A stretch of DNA of 24,593 bases from IMG/VR virus record IMGVR_UViG_3300017658_000252, positions 1 through 24,593 of that record; one strand, written 5' to 3'. Origin of the DNA: a virus (lineage: Duplodnaviria > Caudoviricetes). Shown piece by piece: positions 16,780 through 24,593 of the stretch. Every line of letters begins with the position of its first letter. The first letter of the stretch is position 1. The notes beneath the pieces were generated by a model. It did not search any database and had not been told where the DNA came from. It was given only the letters and a program-made list of their open reading frames with translations. The position numbers and the translations under genes are program-made.

Positions 16780-18351
16780 CTATCTATATCTCAGCGCATA
16801 GCGCGGGGTGTTCGTTACGTCTTCCACTGCCCCAATATTGGGAGTGTTATAAAACTGTTTTCCGTAGTAATCCTTGCCTCCAAGGTAAGCTCCAACCCGC
16901 TTTACTTGTGAAGCCCTTGGTCGGTACTCGTTATCGAGATCGGGGTTTACAGTGAGACTGGCTGCATCAAGGGCTTGCGTCCCGGCTCCGAAGCCGTAAA
17001 ACACATTGTTCGATTCCCGGTTCCACGTCCCCGAGTCATAGCGGATCGCTTTCGACGCTGTGCTGGCGGCTATGAATATGTTGTTCTTGCAGTAATTGGA
17101 ATCGGACGGGAATGTGGTCGGGTTTCCGTGGATCCCGGCCAGACCGCAGTTGATGAACGTGTTATTGAAGATGTTGCTCACCCGCCCGGAAGTCTGGTTT
17201 CCGTAAAATACGCCCATGTGGCAATTCTTTATGACGTTCCCGTAGCAGGTGATATTGGTTGCTTCATAGATGATTCCGATTGCGGCCCCGGCTGTGAAGT
17301 CGGCGGTCCCTGCCAGATTTTCAAGGTAGTTGCCATAGGCCACACATCCATCGGCACCATGATCAAATAGAAGCCCGCAGCCATCGTAGATAATTGAAGA
17401 GATGTTCTTCGCAGAGTTGTGCCTTATGATGTAGCTTCCATACATAATGTTGGCAAACCCAGTTGTACCTTCGAGACCGTCCGCTACATTATTTTCGATT
17501 ACATTCTGTCCAAAGTCTGCGGTATCTGTTTGAATGAACCCCCCTACAACAATCCCCCCCCCAAGTTCGCCAACTCTTCTTTGATTGGTTATCTTGTTCC
17601 CGCAAATTTTCACGCCTTTGTTGCGTCCGGTTTCTGGGACATATGCCTTGATTGCAGCGCCGCCGCAATTGGTAAAAGTGTTTCTGCTTACTTCAAGATC
17701 GTAAATATGAACATTGGACGGGGTTTCTGTCGTGCCTAGCGCATTTGGAGTAGCGTGCAGAATGATTACGCCATGCGTCGCCGAACAGCCATTGAAGGTA
17801 TTGTTCGTGATCTTTATATTTTCGTGATACGTATTGAGGGGGCTCTGAGGCCACCAGCCTATCGCGGCTGCGCCACCACCGCCAACCCCGCCATTGAACG
17901 TATTGCCGTCGATTATGGTATTAATCCAGCCCCAGGTGTTTATCGGGAGAAATTCAATACATGGCACTGCTGACCCGTAGAATGTGCAATTCCTGATTAC
18001 AAGCCCAGTCATCGGTGCCCCACTTGGCACAATGCATCTGTTTTGGGATGTGATTGTCAGCGCCTCAACGGTTATTGAAGAACGATTTATATTGAAATAG
18101 ATATTGTTGCCTCTGAAAGAAAGCGATCCAGACTCAGATGAGTGGTCCCCCTTGATAGTGACGCCAGTAACGTTGCCTAGCGCAATAACTGAAGTATATG
18201 TGTGCGTTCCACAGATGTATAAAGTGTCTCCGGTATTTACCCCTGAAGTGCCCCAAACAATCTCAGACCAGCCGCCCCAGGCAGAAGCGTAGGATTGTCC
18301 ATTGCGCGTACCGCTATGTGATATATCAGGACGAACGTGCCAGGTTGCCAT
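16780..18351 (-). CDS. Right-handed parallel beta-helix (pectin lyase-fold) protein, putative depolymerase (cassette 1, gene B)
   Basis: GDTLYI N-cap, repeated IxNNTF / IxGNxF / IxxNxA Asn-ladder units and C-terminal D..G....PNIGAVE. No signal peptide. ATG 18351 overlaps the upstream TGA (alternative TTG at 18354). Confidence 0.85.
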   Translation of the reverse strand: MATWHVRPDISHSGTRNGQSYASAWGGWSEIVWGTSGVNTGDTLYICGTHTYTSVIALGNVTGVTIKGDHSSESGSLSFRGNNIYFNINRSSITVEALTITSQNRCIVPSGAPMTGLVIRNCTFYGSAVPCIEFLPINTWGWINTIIDGNTFNGGVGGGGAAAIGWWPQSPLNTYHENIKITNNTFNGCSATHGVIILHATPNALGTTETPSNVHIYDLEVSRNTFTNCGGAAIKAYVPETGRNKGVKICGNKITNQRRVGELGGGIVVGGFIQTDTADFGQNVIENNVADGLEGTTGFANIMYGSYIIRHNSAKNISSIIYDGCGLLFDHGADGCVAYGNYLENLAGTADFTAGAAIGIIYEATNITCYGNVIKNCHMGVFYGNQTSGRVSNIFNNTFINCGLAGIHGNPTTFPSDSNYCKNNIFIAASTASKAIRYDSGTWNRESNNVFYGFGAGTQALDAASLTVNPDLDNEYRPRASQVKRVGAYLGGKDYYGKQFYNTPNIGAVEDVTNTPRYALRYR

Positions 18352-18926
18352 CAATCCCCCACAAAATGCAGGACGCGGAAGTATTCGAGCTTGAGCGTGT
18401 CGCCGCTGTTTGCTCTTTGACCGGTAATGTCGACGGTGACACTATTAGCAAAATCAATGGTGTAAGTTGCCGGAGTGCCGAATCCTGCCGTTAAGTACGT
18501 GTTGTCATAAGGCTGTATCTGCGATACCAGGGAATTACGGTTTGCCAGGACAATCAGCGGCGCTTCTTTGACAGACGTAGTGCGCGTAGCACTGTAAACT
18601 GTCACGCCGCCAATGCTGACTTTCAGAATCTTGTTGTTGGCACTGCTTGTAAATGTCCAAAGTGGCTCGATCTGAATAATGCTGTTGACACCTATGATTC
18701 CCGCGCGAACAGTGAACGATCCCAGAACCTCATCCACCGCCGTCAACACGCATGAGGCAGCCACGGCCGAACTCGACAGCACCTCTACCGGCTTGGTAAC
18801 TGCTGGATAATCTTCAGCATCACCTTGAGCAATCAAAATCGCTTCAGTCACATCATCAAACCTGGAAATTGCACCCTTACCGTATCTGTATCCCGCCACA
18901 GTTTCGTCATTCAGAAACCGAATCAT
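18351..18926 (-). CDS. Shared N-terminal domain plus beta-sandwich body (cassette 1, gene A)
   Basis: RBS AAGGAG directly after the portal stop. MIRFLND.TVAGY.YGKG N-terminus is shared with 15418-16290. Confidence 0.75.
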   Translation of the reverse strand: MIRFLNDETVAGYRYGKGAISRFDDVTEAILIAQGDAEDYPAVTKPVEVLSSSAVAASCVLTAVDEVLGSFTVRAGIIGVNSIIQIEPLWTFTSSANNKILKVSIGGVTVYSATRTTSVKEAPLIVLANRNSLVSQIQPYDNTYLTAGFGTPATYTIDFANSVTVDITGQRANSGDTLKLEYFRVLHFVGD

Positions 18927-18939
18927 TTTGTTACTCCTT

Positions 18940-20919
18940 TTATGGGGATAATGCGTTACCTATATGACAATCAGCAATCTTCTCCGCCCCCAGACGGAGT
19001 TTTGCGTCATCCATATCCTCTTTGTGCGCCTGCGCACGCTCTTTCAAGTCAAGTTCGCGCGATTTGTCCTTAAGCTGCTGCTCAGTCTCTCCCAATCTCT
19101 GCTGCAACTCACCAATCTGCTCTTGCGCCTCCTGCATCATCTGCTGCATGACCTGCAATTGCGGGTTATCGCGGATGCCAGCCACCTGCCTTAACTGATA
19201 GGCCAGCTCATGCCGGTTCGGAACGTTGGACAGCTCGAGCATTACCGGATAAAGCACGGCCTGGAACTGAGGGGGCGCGGCTTGTACGATTTGCGACATG
19301 GCTTGCAACTGCTGCGCTCGGAATGTCGGAGTAGCGGGAATATCCTCAAGCACAACTTTGACCATTGCAGAAGCAATATCGTTGTGTACCAACCCATCAT
19401 CCAACTGGCGATTGAAATAAACCACCTTGGGTTTATTACCTTGCTGGACGGTAATTTGCGCTGGTCTTCCAATCATATCCTCCTTGATCAGCGCAAGAAG
19501 TTGCTGGCCAACAAGTCGGCGAGCATGGCGAAAATTATCATTGGGCTCCGCCAACACGGTCGAACCCTGCTCCACCAGGCTGTTGATCGCCACACCGCTG
19601 CTTGCTGAGGTATGTGCTCCCAGCATAGTACGATAGATTCCCCCCACTTCTTCGATTCTTCGCTTGCGTTCCTGCACGAGCTGAAACACCTGGGCGGCAA
19701 GCTGATGCTCACGTATCACCCTGAAGCCGCTGGCATTCCTTCGCTGAGAGTTGAGAATGGTCATCGAGCGCAGACTGCTTATATTATTGGCAACCTCCTG
19801 ATAAGAATTCTGGCTGAGATCGAGCGCATCATTGTCCACTTCGACTTTTACCGAATTGAGGACTTCGTAGAGAAGAATATCCAGATCGATTATCTGATCC
19901 TGGGGTCCCCGCATGTCACGAATCAATCCATAGGGAGCTCGGCTCCTATCCTTGCGAAAGCACCAGAATGGAACATATGGAAAATCTGAATGAGGGAATG
20001 GACTCGGAACGTCCATTAGTTTATGCGGCCCCAACCAGATTGAAACCCGCATTCTGGTGAGAACCGACTTCTGGACCTGTACGAAACCTTGGGCAACCGC
20101 TGCCTGATGATATGGATTATCCTCACTGTATTCGATTATCTTTCCATCAGGCAATACCAGGACGTATGCATCCTCGAAATGCCGATACCATAATTCGGAA
20201 AGCCTGACCATACCCGAGTTCCGGTTCAGGTAGTCTTCCTGGTCGCGACTCCATGCCTGCTCGATCTCATACGCTCGGGCCAAGCCATTGTCATAGCCTT
20301 CATATACATCCGTGTCGTTCCATCCCTTCCAGCTATTTGCAATGACTTCCGCTCGGTCCGGGAACATAAGTGCAGCCTGAAGCCGGTCTATCCACTTATC
20401 TCGTCGCAAATATCGAGCATCGGACAGATCCGGCTCTCTTGAACTCCAGTCCCAGTAAATTTCGTTACGATGCACCTCCCGGACACGATACGGATACTTG
20501 AGCGCATCAAATTCCCGGGATATTTCCACCCATCCGATACCCGCACGAATCATGCTGGAATACGCGTCTGACATGGCCCGGTCTGCCCGTGATTCGGTCT
20601 CGGCCTCCTTGATTTTTGCGCAAAGACCTTCCGCAATCTCTGCCTGGCTCTCATCATCCGCCGTCACCCTGTAATCCGTTCGGCTACGCGCTTCCAGCCC
20701 CAATACTGCATTGATCGTCGGCTTGATCAGATTGGAGTCCTGAGGAGGAATACCTGCCATCTTCAGCCGCTCGATCACCTCCACGCTGGTCTGCGCGCCG
20801 TCGTAATAATCACAGTCCGTGTCCGAGTCCGCTCGCCACTTCGGTTGATCCCGAATATCGCGACATATTTTGCTATAAGCCTCAATCGAAATATCTGCCG
20901 TAACACCTGCCTCAGTCAT
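18940..20919 (-). CDS. Portal protein (P22/933W-like)
   Basis: Start likely ATG 20919 (ATGA overlap with TerL). DYYDG.Q, NLIKPTINAVLG.E, G.GW.E, DLSDARY, FPYVPF, SGVAI..L.EQG motifs and a C-terminal Gln-rich coiled-coil barrel. Confidence 0.92.
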   Translation of the reverse strand: MTEAGVTADISIEAYSKICRDIRDQPKWRADSDTDCDYYDGAQTSVEVIERLKMAGIPPQDSNLIKPTINAVLGLEARSRTDYRVTADDESQAEIAEGLCAKIKEAETESRADRAMSDAYSSMIRAGIGWVEISREFDALKYPYRVREVHRNEIYWDWSSREPDLSDARYLRRDKWIDRLQAALMFPDRAEVIANSWKGWNDTDVYEGYDNGLARAYEIEQAWSRDQEDYLNRNSGMVRLSELWYRHFEDAYVLVLPDGKIIEYSEDNPYHQAAVAQGFVQVQKSVLTRMRVSIWLGPHKLMDVPSPFPHSDFPYVPFWCFRKDRSRAPYGLIRDMRGPQDQIIDLDILLYEVLNSVKVEVDNDALDLSQNSYQEVANNISSLRSMTILNSQRRNASGFRVIREHQLAAQVFQLVQERKRRIEEVGGIYRTMLGAHTSASSGVAINSLVEQGSTVLAEPNDNFRHARRLVGQQLLALIKEDMIGRPAQITVQQGNKPKVVYFNRQLDDGLVHNDIASAMVKVVLEDIPATPTFRAQQLQAMSQIVQAAPPQFQAVLYPVMLELSNVPNRHELAYQLRQVAGIRDNPQLQVMQQMMQEAQEQIGELQQRLGETEQQLKDKSRELDLKERAQAHKEDMDDAKLRLGAEKIADCHIGNALSP

Positions 20920-23249
20920 GCCCGCCAACCTTTCATATTAATACCTCGTGCACTCACAGCCGGTTTATCCTCCTCGATTGCCACAGCAAAATAGCGGAAG
21001 GCATCGGCTGCATGACTGTGATAATCATGTAAGGGTCTTGCGCTGAATTGACCGGAATTGGTGTCCACATCAAACCGATAGCGCCTCAAGCTCTGCAGGC
21101 CTTCTGCACAATTCAGCTCATCAAAATAGCAACGTGGAAAGATGGTTCTTGCCGCATTAATACCATCATGAATAGAGAGATTTGGCACGATTCTTACTTT
21201 TCGCCCCGCTGCAAGCATAATTTCCTCCACGCTGCGCCCGGTTGCTAATGTCCGAGCCCTGGCATCGTGTGGTAACCAGTCTGTACCATACATATACCCT
21301 TTGTTTTGCAGCACTCCGATATAATGCTGAATTGGCATCTGACTATTACTGTAGTAATCGATCAACCTGAGTTCGTTGCCAACGGTCTGCGCAAACCAGA
21401 TGCTGGTGTTGTCGGCCCAGCCGAGATCAAAGAAGGTGTGTACTGGCTTTGCCTCATCATATGGCACGTTCCTTATCCTTCCTTCTTCCTGTGCCAACCG
21501 AAGCTCCTTCGCATAAACCGCGCCGTCTAGTGTTACCCGGCAATTCCCTTCCCATACGTTTTGGTAGGCATCCGGGTCACGTGCTTTCAGTTCATCCTTT
21601 TCCCGTCGCAGGGTCTCCGGAAACCATGGGTTGTCATTCCAATTGATTTTTACTACGACAGCGCCAACAGGGGAATTGATTACAAATCGCCGATGTGTCT
21701 CATCGGTTTCCAGTTCAGGGTTGTAAGTCACCCAGATCTCCGATCCCTCTTTACGAATGGTCGGAATGAGGGTATCCCAACTTGTCTTGCCTACCGTCTG
21801 GGCTTCTTCCACCCAGACCCTGTCCACGCCCTCGAACGACTTGATCCTGGTTACGTTGCTACGCAGACCGGCAAAGATGAACTCGGAACCGTTTGCTCCA
21901 CGGATAACGCTGTTTTGTACCTCGTAAAATGAGCTTAAACCGATGGTTTCTATCTGGGCTTTCAATAAATGATGCACAGATTCGACGATAGAATTCTGAA
22001 ATTCTCTCGCACACAAGATGCGAAGTGGAGTTGCAGCCGCCTGAATCAATAGTGCTCTGGCAACGCCCCAAGAGTTATGCGTCACAGTGCCGTCAGCTAG
22101 GCAAAACAAGTGATCGCCATCTATAGAAAATCCAGCGTAAGGGCCAATGCCTATATCCTCTACACTGAGATAGGACAACATCTTGTCCTTATTCGGCTTG
22201 TAGTCTTCTTTCCTTATCTGCTTTCGCTTTACTTTGCATGGAATCTTCCAGCAATCCCCATTGATTCCAACTCTCCAAGCGACTCCGCGCACACCGTTAT
22301 TTGTGCAGATTGTCCTTTTCTTGGAAATTGAAGTACGGAAACCAAGCGTGTCAGCCAATAGCTTTATTTCATTAGCAAGCCTCTCGTTTGCAAGCGCTAT
22401 CGTGTAACCATTTTTTTTCGTTGATCCATCAGTATCAATCAGCCCAGCAAGCACTTGCAGCCTGATCTCTTCGTTGTTTGATAGATAGATTTGCGGAATA
22501 TGCTTGTTCGATACGACACCAAGCTCTTTAAACCCACGCCATACTGGATTTTCTCGCCCGTTTGCTGGGTTCCGGCCTAGTCTGTAATCACACGCCGCGG
22601 TTCCTTTCTTCTCGCCTTTGGTGAAAATCAAATCATTAAACACGCAAAATTCGCGCATCCATTCGATAATCTCTTCATCGGCAGATGTGATCATTAGCTC
22701 GCGATGAAGACCATCCCCAAGCCACACGCCAAGCAGATAAGGATTAACCGGAACCGGACGCTGATCAAATTGAATCAGGCCAGCCTTATACCCACGAAAA
22801 TTATCTTTCCAACGCTTCGATTGCGCGATGTAATCCTTAATTCTAATGTTTGTCACATCAGGCCAATCTGGATACCGTCCTCTTAGCCTCTTGAGGTTCC
22901 CGCTTGGCATCGTGCCGCTCGTATCCATCGAACACGATTTCGATTTTCTGAGGGAAAGGATATGCTCATCGTTAACAACGTATGTCATAGCCGAAGTCTG
23001 AGAAACTCTAAAAAGCTCAGACTCACCACGAATCGTGGAGATAACCTTTCTTGGGGTTGAATCAGGTCCCATTACCAGGTCTCCAACCACAACATCCTCC
23101 ACAGCCTTGATTGTTCCATCGGACATCAAGACAGGTGTTCCAAGGCCGAGGCATTTCGCGCCCCCTCTTCCTCCATATAAGACCTTGTAGCGTGCCGGTT
23201 CAAACAGAAATCTGAGCTTTGACGGAAATTCAGCTCTATGGGGAGTCAT
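20916..23249 (-). CDS. terL: Terminase large subunit (PBSX-like), intein-containing precursor (417-aa spliced product)
   Basis: Walker A GGRGGAK|S is split by the intein. CAREFQNSI, IKS.EG.D..WVEEAQ (Walker B), PTIRK.GSEIW.TYNP, nuclease DLGWAD and H.ADAFRY. Confidence 0.95.
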   Translation of the reverse strand: MTPHRAEFPSKLRFLFEPARYKVLYGGRGGAKCLGLGTPVLMSDGTIKAVEDVVVGDLVMGPDSTPRKVISTIRGESELFRVSQTSAMTYVVNDEHILSLRKSKSCSMDTSGTMPSGNLKRLRGRYPDWPDVTNIRIKDYIAQSKRWKDNFRGYKAGLIQFDQRPVPVNPYLLGVWLGDGLHRELMITSADEEIIEWMREFCVFNDLIFTKGEKKGTAACDYRLGRNPANGRENPVWRGFKELGVVSNKHIPQIYLSNNEEIRLQVLAGLIDTDGSTKKNGYTIALANERLANEIKLLADTLGFRTSISKKRTICTNNGVRGVAWRVGINGDCWKIPCKVKRKQIRKEDYKPNKDKMLSYLSVEDIGIGPYAGFSIDGDHLFCLADGTVTHNSWGVARALLIQAAATPLRILCAREFQNSIVESVHHLLKAQIETIGLSSFYEVQNSVIRGANGSEFIFAGLRSNVTRIKSFEGVDRVWVEEAQTVGKTSWDTLIPTIRKEGSEIWVTYNPELETDETHRRFVINSPVGAVVVKINWNDNPWFPETLRREKDELKARDPDAYQNVWEGNCRVTLDGAVYAKELRLAQEEGRIRNVPYDEAKPVHTFFDLGWADNTSIWFAQTVGNELRLIDYYSNSQMPIQHYIGVLQNKGYMYGTDWLPHDARARTLATGRSVEEIMLAAGRKVRIVPNLSIHDGINAARTIFPRCYFDELNCAEGLQSLRRYRFDVDTNSGQFSARPLHDYHSHAADAFRYFAVAIEEDKPAVSARGINMKGWRA
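22074..23153 (-). mobile_element. Intein with LAGLIDADG homing endonuclease (360 aa)
   Basis: Begins CLGLGTPVLMSDG (block A). Contains VNDEHIL (block B), PYLLGVWLGDG and VLAGLIDTDG (LAGLIDADG blocks). Ends LADGTVTHN followed by Ser+1. Confidence 0.95.
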
Positions 23250-23266
23250 AGCACTCGAATCGCCAT

Positions 23267-23842
23267 TTACGACGATACATTTGGCTCATTGCCTCTATCT
23301 TCTGGAGCGACAAAAGCTATCGCGATGTTATGCACCACGGATTTCTTGGCATCGCTGCCTTCATGTATGACAGGTAATTTGTCGCCATATTTCCTAGGTG
23401 CCAGTCGTGCGGCGTACCATTTGCGGGCATCGATGCGCAATTGCGCGCGCGCAATAACCTCCCGGTTTATGACCTCCCGTCCCTTCTCATCGACATACGT
23501 ATCTCTTGACCCCTCATCTGAAATTTCGATGATTTCCTCGGCATAGGCATCCACGCAAAGCTCCTTGGCGCGTTGATATTGGCGCATGAGTTCTTCGTCA
23601 CTCGCCAGCCAGTTCCATAAAATCCTCTGACTGATACCGACCTCCATGCACATCGCACGAGCCGACTTTCCAAGTGAAATGCCAGCAAAGATCGTGTCAA
23701 GTACCTCACGTCTCTTTACGGCTCGACTGCTCTTTTTCGGACTCGCAGGCTCTACACTTACCGCATCCTTTTCTGCTTCCTCGCTAGATACTTCACCCTC
23801 AAATTTCCACATATCCGGCTTTATCAGCGCTTCCCTTTCCAT
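23267..23842 (-). CDS. terS: Terminase small subunit (Sf6 gp1-like)
   Basis: HTH region G.S.R..C...GIS......WL, then Y.RA.E...D..AEEIIEISD and LRIDARKW.A.RLAPRKYGDK. Directly upstream of TerL. Confidence 0.9.
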   Translation of the reverse strand: MEREALIKPDMWKFEGEVSSEEAEKDAVSVEPASPKKSSRAVKRREVLDTIFAGISLGKSARAMCMEVGISQRILWNWLASDEELMRQYQRAKELCVDAYAEEIIEISDEGSRDTYVDEKGREVINREVIARAQLRIDARKWYAARLAPRKYGDKLPVIHEGSDAKKSVVHNIAIAFVAPEDRGNEPNVSS

Positions 23843-23848
23843 TTCCTT

Positions 23849-24208
23849 TTACAGGCTCCTCATACCCTTCTTGCATCCCCTCAGTGCAGCAAGTAATTTG
23901 ACCTCACATGCCGATCTTTCTTCTATTTCCGTACGCAGCGCTCTATTGATCGTCAGAGGGTCGTCCTTGATTGACACGCGATCAATCGCATAGGCCGACT
24001 TGCACTCGGAGGGAGTATCAATGAGACAAGGGACAGCAACAGGTTTCTCGACCACCTGAGTCTGAATCACCGGCTTCCCCGCACAACCGGTCAATAAGGT
24101 CGCAAAAACCAGCGCCAGGTGGGCTAGCAGGCAGCGATTGAATCGCGAGGAGGTACTACGGGAATACACGGGGTTGGATCTAATCGTTCTGATGGCGGCT
24201 CTGCACAT
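23849..24208 (-). CDS. Outer-membrane lipoprotein, o-spanin (Rz1-like)
   Basis: Lipobox LLTG|C and VEKPVAVPC. Overlaps the end of the upstream TM/coiled-coil gene. The true start may be downstream (e.g. GTG 24169). Confidence 0.7.
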   Translation of the reverse strand: MCRAAIRTIRSNPVYSRSTSSRFNRCLLAHLALVFATLLTGCAGKPVIQTQVVEKPVAVPCLIDTPSECKSAYAIDRVSIKDDPLTINRALRTEIEERSACEVKLLAALRGCKKGMRSL

Positions 24209-24593
24209 ACTCTATCTGCTCTCTCGTGATTGCCTCATACTGATGCTCGGGTGCTACCGGTGGAAAGGCGCGTATTTTCTTTGCCTGGCTCGTGTGCTTT
24301 GCCGCAGCAGCAGTTGCATGACGCATTGCCTCGGCTGCACTTTTTTCTCTCTCAGCCGCCACTTCCGTCAACGTACTCATCGCTGTCTTCACCGACCGGA
24401 TATCCAATGCGCACTTTTCGTTTGCCGCCGACAATACTGCATTCTGCGAACTCAAGCGCTGCATCTGCGATTCAGATCGCCAATCACTGACAAAGTATCC
24501 ACCGGTAAAAGCAAGCGCTGCAAAAATGGCAACCAGGATTACCGTAATCCTTGGTCTGATTGCCTCAATTACTGGTTTGATGGCACCAATCAT
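24180..24593 (-). CDS. Inner-membrane spanin (Rz-like)
   Basis: N-terminal TM ITVILVAIFAALAFTGGYFV, then WR and an Ala-rich coiled coil. Paired with the lipoprotein just before TerS. Confidence 0.7.
   Translation of the reverse strand: MIGAIKPVIEAIRPRITVILVAIFAALAFTGGYFVSDWRSESQMQRLSSQNAVLSAANEKCALDIRSVKTAMSTLTEVAAEREKSAAEAMRHATAAAAKHTSQAKKIRAFPPVAPEHQYEAITREQIEYVQSRHQND

Larger units (their letters stand above)
1..24593 (-). mobile_element. Phage/prophage late operon (podovirus-type morphogenesis and lysis), probably extending beyond both window edges
   Basis: Tightly packed, co-oriented minus-strand genes with many ATGA/GTGA/TGATG overlaps. Gene order is spanins-TerS-TerL-portal-scaffold-MCP-adaptors-fibre-endolysin-nozzle-ejection proteins. 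No sheath, tube or long tape-measure gene is seen. Confidence 0.95.

Noticed and set aside
290-24490. Numerous plus-strand ORFs and nested minus-strand ORFs in the ORF track
   Set aside because: They overlap well-supported minus-strand phage genes and show no recognisable motifs, so they are treated as antisense or alternate-frame shadows.

Overview
The window is one continuous minus-strand late (morphogenesis and lysis) operon of a short-tailed, podovirus-type phage or prophage. The head genes resemble those of 933W/N4-gp56-type phages. Reading from 24593 towards 1: spanin pair, TerS, TerL (with a 360-aa LAGLIDADG intein in its Walker A motif), portal, two tandem two-gene accessory cassettes, scaffold, major capsid, decoration protein, adaptors, tail fibre and assembly genes, an internal lysis block with a SAR endolysin, tail nozzle, a LamG fibre module, a GNAT-like protein and two ejection-type proteins. 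The most unusual structure lies between portal and scaffold. There are two units with the same architecture: a gene with a shared ~37-aa N-terminal domain but a different body, coupled by a TGATG overlap to an unrelated glycan-active gene (a beta-helix in one unit, a polysaccharide-lyase-like protein in the other). Each unit is followed by the same ~450-bp terminator + structured leader + scaffold 5' end, and the upstream scaffold copy is frameshifted. This looks like a stackable or swappable array of virion-displayed glycan modules. No integrase, replication genes, RNA genes or CRISPR array are visible. All product calls come from motif recognition by eye, not from database searches.
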